Virus record (IMG/VR): IMGVR_UViG_3300013094_000026
Location: 1-64,000 of that record
DNA length: 64,000 nucleotides
Reading direction: 5' to 3' (one strand)
Source: a virus
The notes beneath the pieces were generated by a model. It made no database searches. It was not told the origin of the DNA and saw only the letters and a list, made by a program, of their open reading frames with translations. The position numbers and the translations under genes were made by a program. Shown in pieces: positions 60,719 through 64,000 of the stretch; the first letter of the stretch is position 1, and each line of letters starts with the position of its first letter.

Positions 60719-60831
60719 GGGTTACACACCACATCTTAGGATGATTATAGTTACATATATACCCTGTGTGTGTTCACGTTGATGTAGAGATAGGGCAGAC
60801 CATTCTCGCAGGCGGGAATTGTGTGTAACCC
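60719..60831 (+). ncRNA. Candidate structured non-tRNA RNA
   Basis: Perfect 11 bp closing stem GGGTTACACAC/GTGTGTAACCC enclosing three hairpins; fills the gap between two tRNAs. Confidence 0.65.
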
Positions 60832-60838
60832 CCTTATT

Positions 60839-60931
60839 GGAAAAATGGCAGAGTGGTCTATTGCAGGGGATTGCTAATCCCCCGTAGAAATTATGTTTCT
60901 ACCGTAGGTTCAAATCCTACTTTTTCCGCCA
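60839..60931 (+). tRNA. tRNA-Ser(GCT)
   Basis: GGAAAAA/TTTTTCC acceptor; GGGGA-TTGCTAA-TCCCC; long variable arm; GCCA end. Confidence 0.92.
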
Positions 60932-60932
60932 A

Positions 60933-61013
60933 GCTGTATAGGTCCCAAGGTGGGGCAGGGGACTGTAAATCCTCCGTTTTATAACATGCTTGGTTCAATT
61001 CCAAGATACAGCA
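60933..61013 (+). tRNA. tRNA-Tyr(GTA)
   Basis: GCTGTAT/ATACAGC acceptor; GGGGA-CTGTAAA-TCCTC; extended variable region; A73. Confidence 0.85.
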
Positions 61014-61037
61014 CAAATAATATATAATTAATCTATA

Positions 61038-61721
61038 ATGAATAAATTAGATAATTTACCACCTATTTATATAATTAATTTACAAAGAAGATCAGATCGT
61101 CGTTCTCATATTTTGGATAATCTTTTAAAATATGGAATTCAAAGGTATGTTTTTATAAATGCTATTGATTATCAAAAAGATAATCTTGAAAATATGGTTA
61201 ATAATAAAATTTTAATAAAAAATAGTGAACTTGCTTGCACACTTTCACATTTTAAAGCTATAGAGCACTGGCTTAAAACTAGTGATTTTGAATATGCAAT
61301 AATAGCTGAAGACGATTTATGTTTTGATACTGTTGATTATTGGAATTTAACTTGGGAACAATATATAAAAAAAATAGATTTTGACTTTGATATCCTTCAG
61401 TTGGTTATATACAATATGGATAATGATTTTAAAGTGGATCTTCATAAAAGACAAAAAAATGATCAATCAACAGCAGCTTATTTAATTAAAAGAGATCATG
61501 CTGAAAAAATGTTAAATAAATTTATTATAAATAATAAATATAGTTTTCCTGATTATTGTGTTGCAGATCATTTTTTATATAATGAAGGTGAAGTTTATGC
61601 TGCGGGACTTTTTGTAATTGATGAAAGATCAATTAAATCAGATATAAATCCAGAATATGAAGAAAGACAACTTGTTATGAGGAATAAAGTGCTTGACTAT
61701 TGGAAACAAAGTGCTAAATAA
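61038..61721 (+). CDS. Glycosyltransferase family 25-like
   Basis: YIINLQRRSDRR, ELACTLSH, IAEDD and STAAYLI. Confidence 0.88.
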   Translation: MNKLDNLPPIYIINLQRRSDRRSHILDNLLKYGIQRYVFINAIDYQKDNLENMVNNKILIKNSELACTLSHFKAIEHWLKTSDFEYAIIAEDDLCFDTVDYWNLTWEQYIKKIDFDFDILQLVIYNMDNDFKVDLHKRQKNDQSTAAYLIKRDHAEKMLNKFIINNKYSFPDYCVADHFLYNEGEVYAAGLFVIDERSIKSDINPEYEERQLVMRNKVLDYWKQSAK

Positions 61722-61749
61722 ATTAATTTTAAGGTATAATTAAACTATT

Positions 61750-62271
61750 ATGACAGATGCCCATGATGTAAATATGACTTTTTCAATTCTGGCACATATT
61801 CCAGAACATGATCCACGAGAAAAAGATCCAAATTATAAATATTTCATCGCAGCTAAAAAGAAAATTAAAAAGCTGGGACTTTGGAAATGTGCTATTAGTG
61901 ATGATCTATGTGGTGGACAAATGGAATTACATCACACACATGTTGAATTTAGTCAATTGCCAAATGCTGATAAAACTAAAGTAGAACAATATTTTGGCTT
62001 ACATTTTACAGATGATGATGAATTTCAACAATGGTTGGAAAGTCCAGGAAATCTAGAAGTATTATGCACAAATCATCATAGAACACATTATGGAATTCAT
62101 ACATTGCCACATGCTCTTTGGGAGTCCCTCCGATTTAGAAAAACGGGTACTTTACCAGCAGCAGAGGTAGTCTCAAATAAACCTAAGAATATTAAGATTA
62201 GTGATATAATTAATACAGGCAATAAACAAGGAGAAAATAATGGCAATAGCACATCAAATAGTGGCTCTTAA
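61750..62271 (+). CDS. HNH-like protein with an insertion
   Basis: C......C....ELHH ... NLEVLCTNHH.....GIH. Confidence 0.5.
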   Translation: MTDAHDVNMTFSILAHIPEHDPREKDPNYKYFIAAKKKIKKLGLWKCAISDDLCGGQMELHHTHVEFSQLPNADKTKVEQYFGLHFTDDDEFQQWLESPGNLEVLCTNHHRTHYGIHTLPHALWESLRFRKTGTLPAAEVVSNKPKNIKISDIINTGNKQGENNGNSTSNSGS

Positions 62272-62527
62272 TGCTACTACACCAACATTAGTAAGTATTC
62301 CGTTAGCAAATGAAGTTGCGTATGAAAGCAAAGCTTCAATTTCTGTACAAAATTTAGACCCAGCAATTATTGTATATTTAGGGTCATCTTCAGTTACTAC
62401 ATCATCTTACGGCTTTGCTCTTTTAGCAGGTCAAACATATACAATAGATTTACTTGCTTCCGATCAACTTTACGCAATTGCAGCATCTGGAACTCCAAAC
62501 GTCGCAGTATTAGCGGCAGAGGTTTAA
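62240..62527 (+). CDS. Small beta-rich virion protein (putative)
   Basis: ISVQN.....VYLG...VT...YG..L.AG pattern; AAGGAG SD. Confidence 0.55.
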   Translation: MAIAHQIVALNATTPTLVSIPLANEVAYESKASISVQNLDPAIIVYLGSSSVTTSSYGFALLAGQTYTIDLLASDQLYAIAASGTPNVAVLAAEV

Positions 62528-62528
62528 T

Positions 62529-63026
62529 ATGAGCATTAAAGTTTCAACAGTTCCCGCTCAAATTCTTTATTACGGAAACTTTGCACTTTCAACAAGTATG
62601 CCATCTGGTGGTACAACATCAGATAACGTTATAACTTGGGACACAACAAATCTTTCAAAAGGTATGTCAATTAGCGGTACTGATGCCACAAAAATTACTT
62701 TTCAAGTTCCAGGGACATACAACCTTAACTTTTTAGGTCAATTTAACTTTACTGGTGGAGCATCTAATTACAATATTACAACTTGGTTTTCTAAAAATGG
62801 TGTACAGGTCCCATCATCTTCTTTTACATTTACAACTACAAGTGCTCAAGGTTCACAGGTATTGGCAAATATTGAATCACCAATTATTGTTAATGCAGGA
62901 GATTATATTCAATTTCATTGGTGGTCAGGTGCAGCGGGAATGTCATTATTGGCTACAGCAGCAGGAACAAATCCAACAAGACCAGCATCACCAAGTGCGA
63001 ATCTAACAATTTATAACGTAGGATAG
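62529..63026 (+). CDS. C1q/TNF-like beta-sandwich virion protein (putative)
   Basis: ITF..PGTYNL.F..QF...WF.KNG...AGDYIQF.W. Confidence 0.55.
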   Translation: MSIKVSTVPAQILYYGNFALSTSMPSGGTTSDNVITWDTTNLSKGMSISGTDATKITFQVPGTYNLNFLGQFNFTGGASNYNITTWFSKNGVQVPSSSFTFTTTSAQGSQVLANIESPIIVNAGDYIQFHWWSGAAGMSLLATAAGTNPTRPASPSANLTIYNVG

Positions 63027-63033
63027 GGAAAAT

Positions 63034-64000
63034 ATGCCATATCATATTGAACGTGAAGGTAATAAATTTAAAGTTGTTGTAGATGCAACAGGACGGGTTG
63101 TGGGAACACACCCGTCCAAAGCACAAGCACAAGCACAACTTGGAGCACTGTATGCAAATGTTCCAGATGCTAGTATTAAAAAAGAGCGTGGAACAATTGC
63201 AGGAGATTCATCAGTTAATTCTGGTCGCATAAGCGGTGGAGTTGGTTGGAAAATTGAATTCAATACACCAGATTGCCAACATGGTTGGTCAGTGATTAAA
63301 GTAGGATCAGGACAATCAATAGGTTGTTTCTTTAAAGAAGAAGATGCAAAAGCAGCATTGGAGGCATTAGCAGTGACAGAACCAGTTGTAAAAGCAGAAG
63401 GTGGATATAAGCCAACTTCAGGAATGAAATCAGCAGCAGCAAAAGCTATTAAATGGAAAGAAGAAGGTAAGGCAAATGGAGCAGGAACCAACGTAGGTTG
63501 GACTCGTGCACATCAAATTGTAAATGGTGAGTCATTATCTCTTGATACTGTTAAGCGTATGTATTCTTTCTTTTCCCGCCATGAAGTTGATAAGCAGGGT
63601 AAAGAATGGGATAAGCCATCACATGGTAAGGTAATGTGGTATGCATGGGGCGGGGATGCAGGATATTCTTGGTCTCGTGATATTGTAGAAAGAGCAAATA
63701 AAGTAGAAAAAGGTGAAGCATCATGGGATGGTGTATTTGCCCCTGTAAAATTAGAAAAGAATTATGTCCGTAAATGCATGACATGTGGATGTGATGATTT
63801 AGGTAATGATCATCATTATATCTCAGATACAGAAAAATGTATGTATTGCATGAGCAAAGGTCAAGGACCATGTTGGGACGGTTATGCATATGCTGGAACA
63901 AAAGAAGATGAAAATGGCAAGACAGTTCCTAATTGCATTCCAGTAAAAAAAGATGATGCATCTGGACAAGTTAATCAGAATAAACAAGAAGGCATTGGAG
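63034..64000 (+). CDS. Modular polyprotein-like protein, 3' truncated (not in ORF track)
   Basis: ATG 63034, open for 322 codons to the window end: MPYHIEREG...MYSFFSRHEVDK...AWGGDAG...SWDGVF...CWDGY..GTK...VPNCIP. Confidence 0.85.
   Translation, partial: MPYHIEREGNKFKVVVDATGRVVGTHPSKAQAQAQLGALYANVPDASIKKERGTIAGDSSVNSGRISGGVGWKIEFNTPDCQHGWSVIKVGSGQSIGCFFKEEDAKAALEALAVTEPVVKAEGGYKPTSGMKSAAAKAIKWKEEGKANGAGTNVGWTRAHQIVNGESLSLDTVKRMYSFFSRHEVDKQGKEWDKPSHGKVMWYAWGGDAGYSWSRDIVERANKVEKGEASWDGVFAPVKLEKNYVRKCMTCGCDDLGNDHHYISDTEKCMYCMSKGQGPCWDGYAYAGTKEDENGKTVPNCIPVKKDDASGQVNQNKQEGIG

Noticed and set aside
60719-60831. tRNA-associated HDV-like (theta) ribozyme, tmRNA or degenerate tRNA
   Set aside because: I could not build the nested double pseudoknot; it is too short for tmRNA and has no T-arm or 7 nt anticodon loop
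420-63901. Numerous minus-strand and alternate-frame ORFs in the track (e.g. 2390-2917, 4064-4651, 48856-49332, 63042-63491, 63551-63901)
   Set aside because: They are shadows of + strand genes with biased codons, and have no SDs, promoters or recognisable motifs
1-64000. Stop-codon reassignment
   Set aside because: Core genes are full length under the standard code, all three stops are used and there is no suppressor tRNA

Overview
A 64 kb slice of an AT-rich, long-tailed (siphovirus-type) phage genome. Every credible gene is on the + strand. Gene order and protein families resemble large actinobacteriophages such as the Streptomyces BE/BK-type phages and their low-GC freshwater relatives; the host assignment is inference. 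Order: 3' end of a ribonucleotide reductase, HNH, Ser/Thr/Gly-rich fibre genes, a beta-propeller glycoside enzyme plus TPR, portal, CHAP endolysin and holin, prohead protease with a nested scaffold, major capsid, head-tail genes, tail tube, frameshifted tail chaperones, tape measure, tail tip and receptor-binding proteins, phosphoesterase and HNHs, replication/recombination genes (DnaB, DnaG, SSB, DnaE, RecA, Cas4-like, RuvC-like), a methyl/glycosyltransferase cluster, terminase, five tRNAs with an unexplained structured RNA among them, and a modular ORF missed by the ORF track that runs off the end. The best leads are: (1) that terminal ORF looks like a polyprotein punctuated by Lys sites also found in the protease/scaffold, and it carries the scaffold's C-terminal WxGxF motif, suggesting a capsid cargo-loading and processing system; (2) a ~113 nt multi-stem non-tRNA RNA inside the tRNA operon; (3) a strongly strand-polarised GCGGG motif about every 1.2 kb; (4) a probable virion glycosylation system. 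All family calls come from motif recognition by eye, not database searches.
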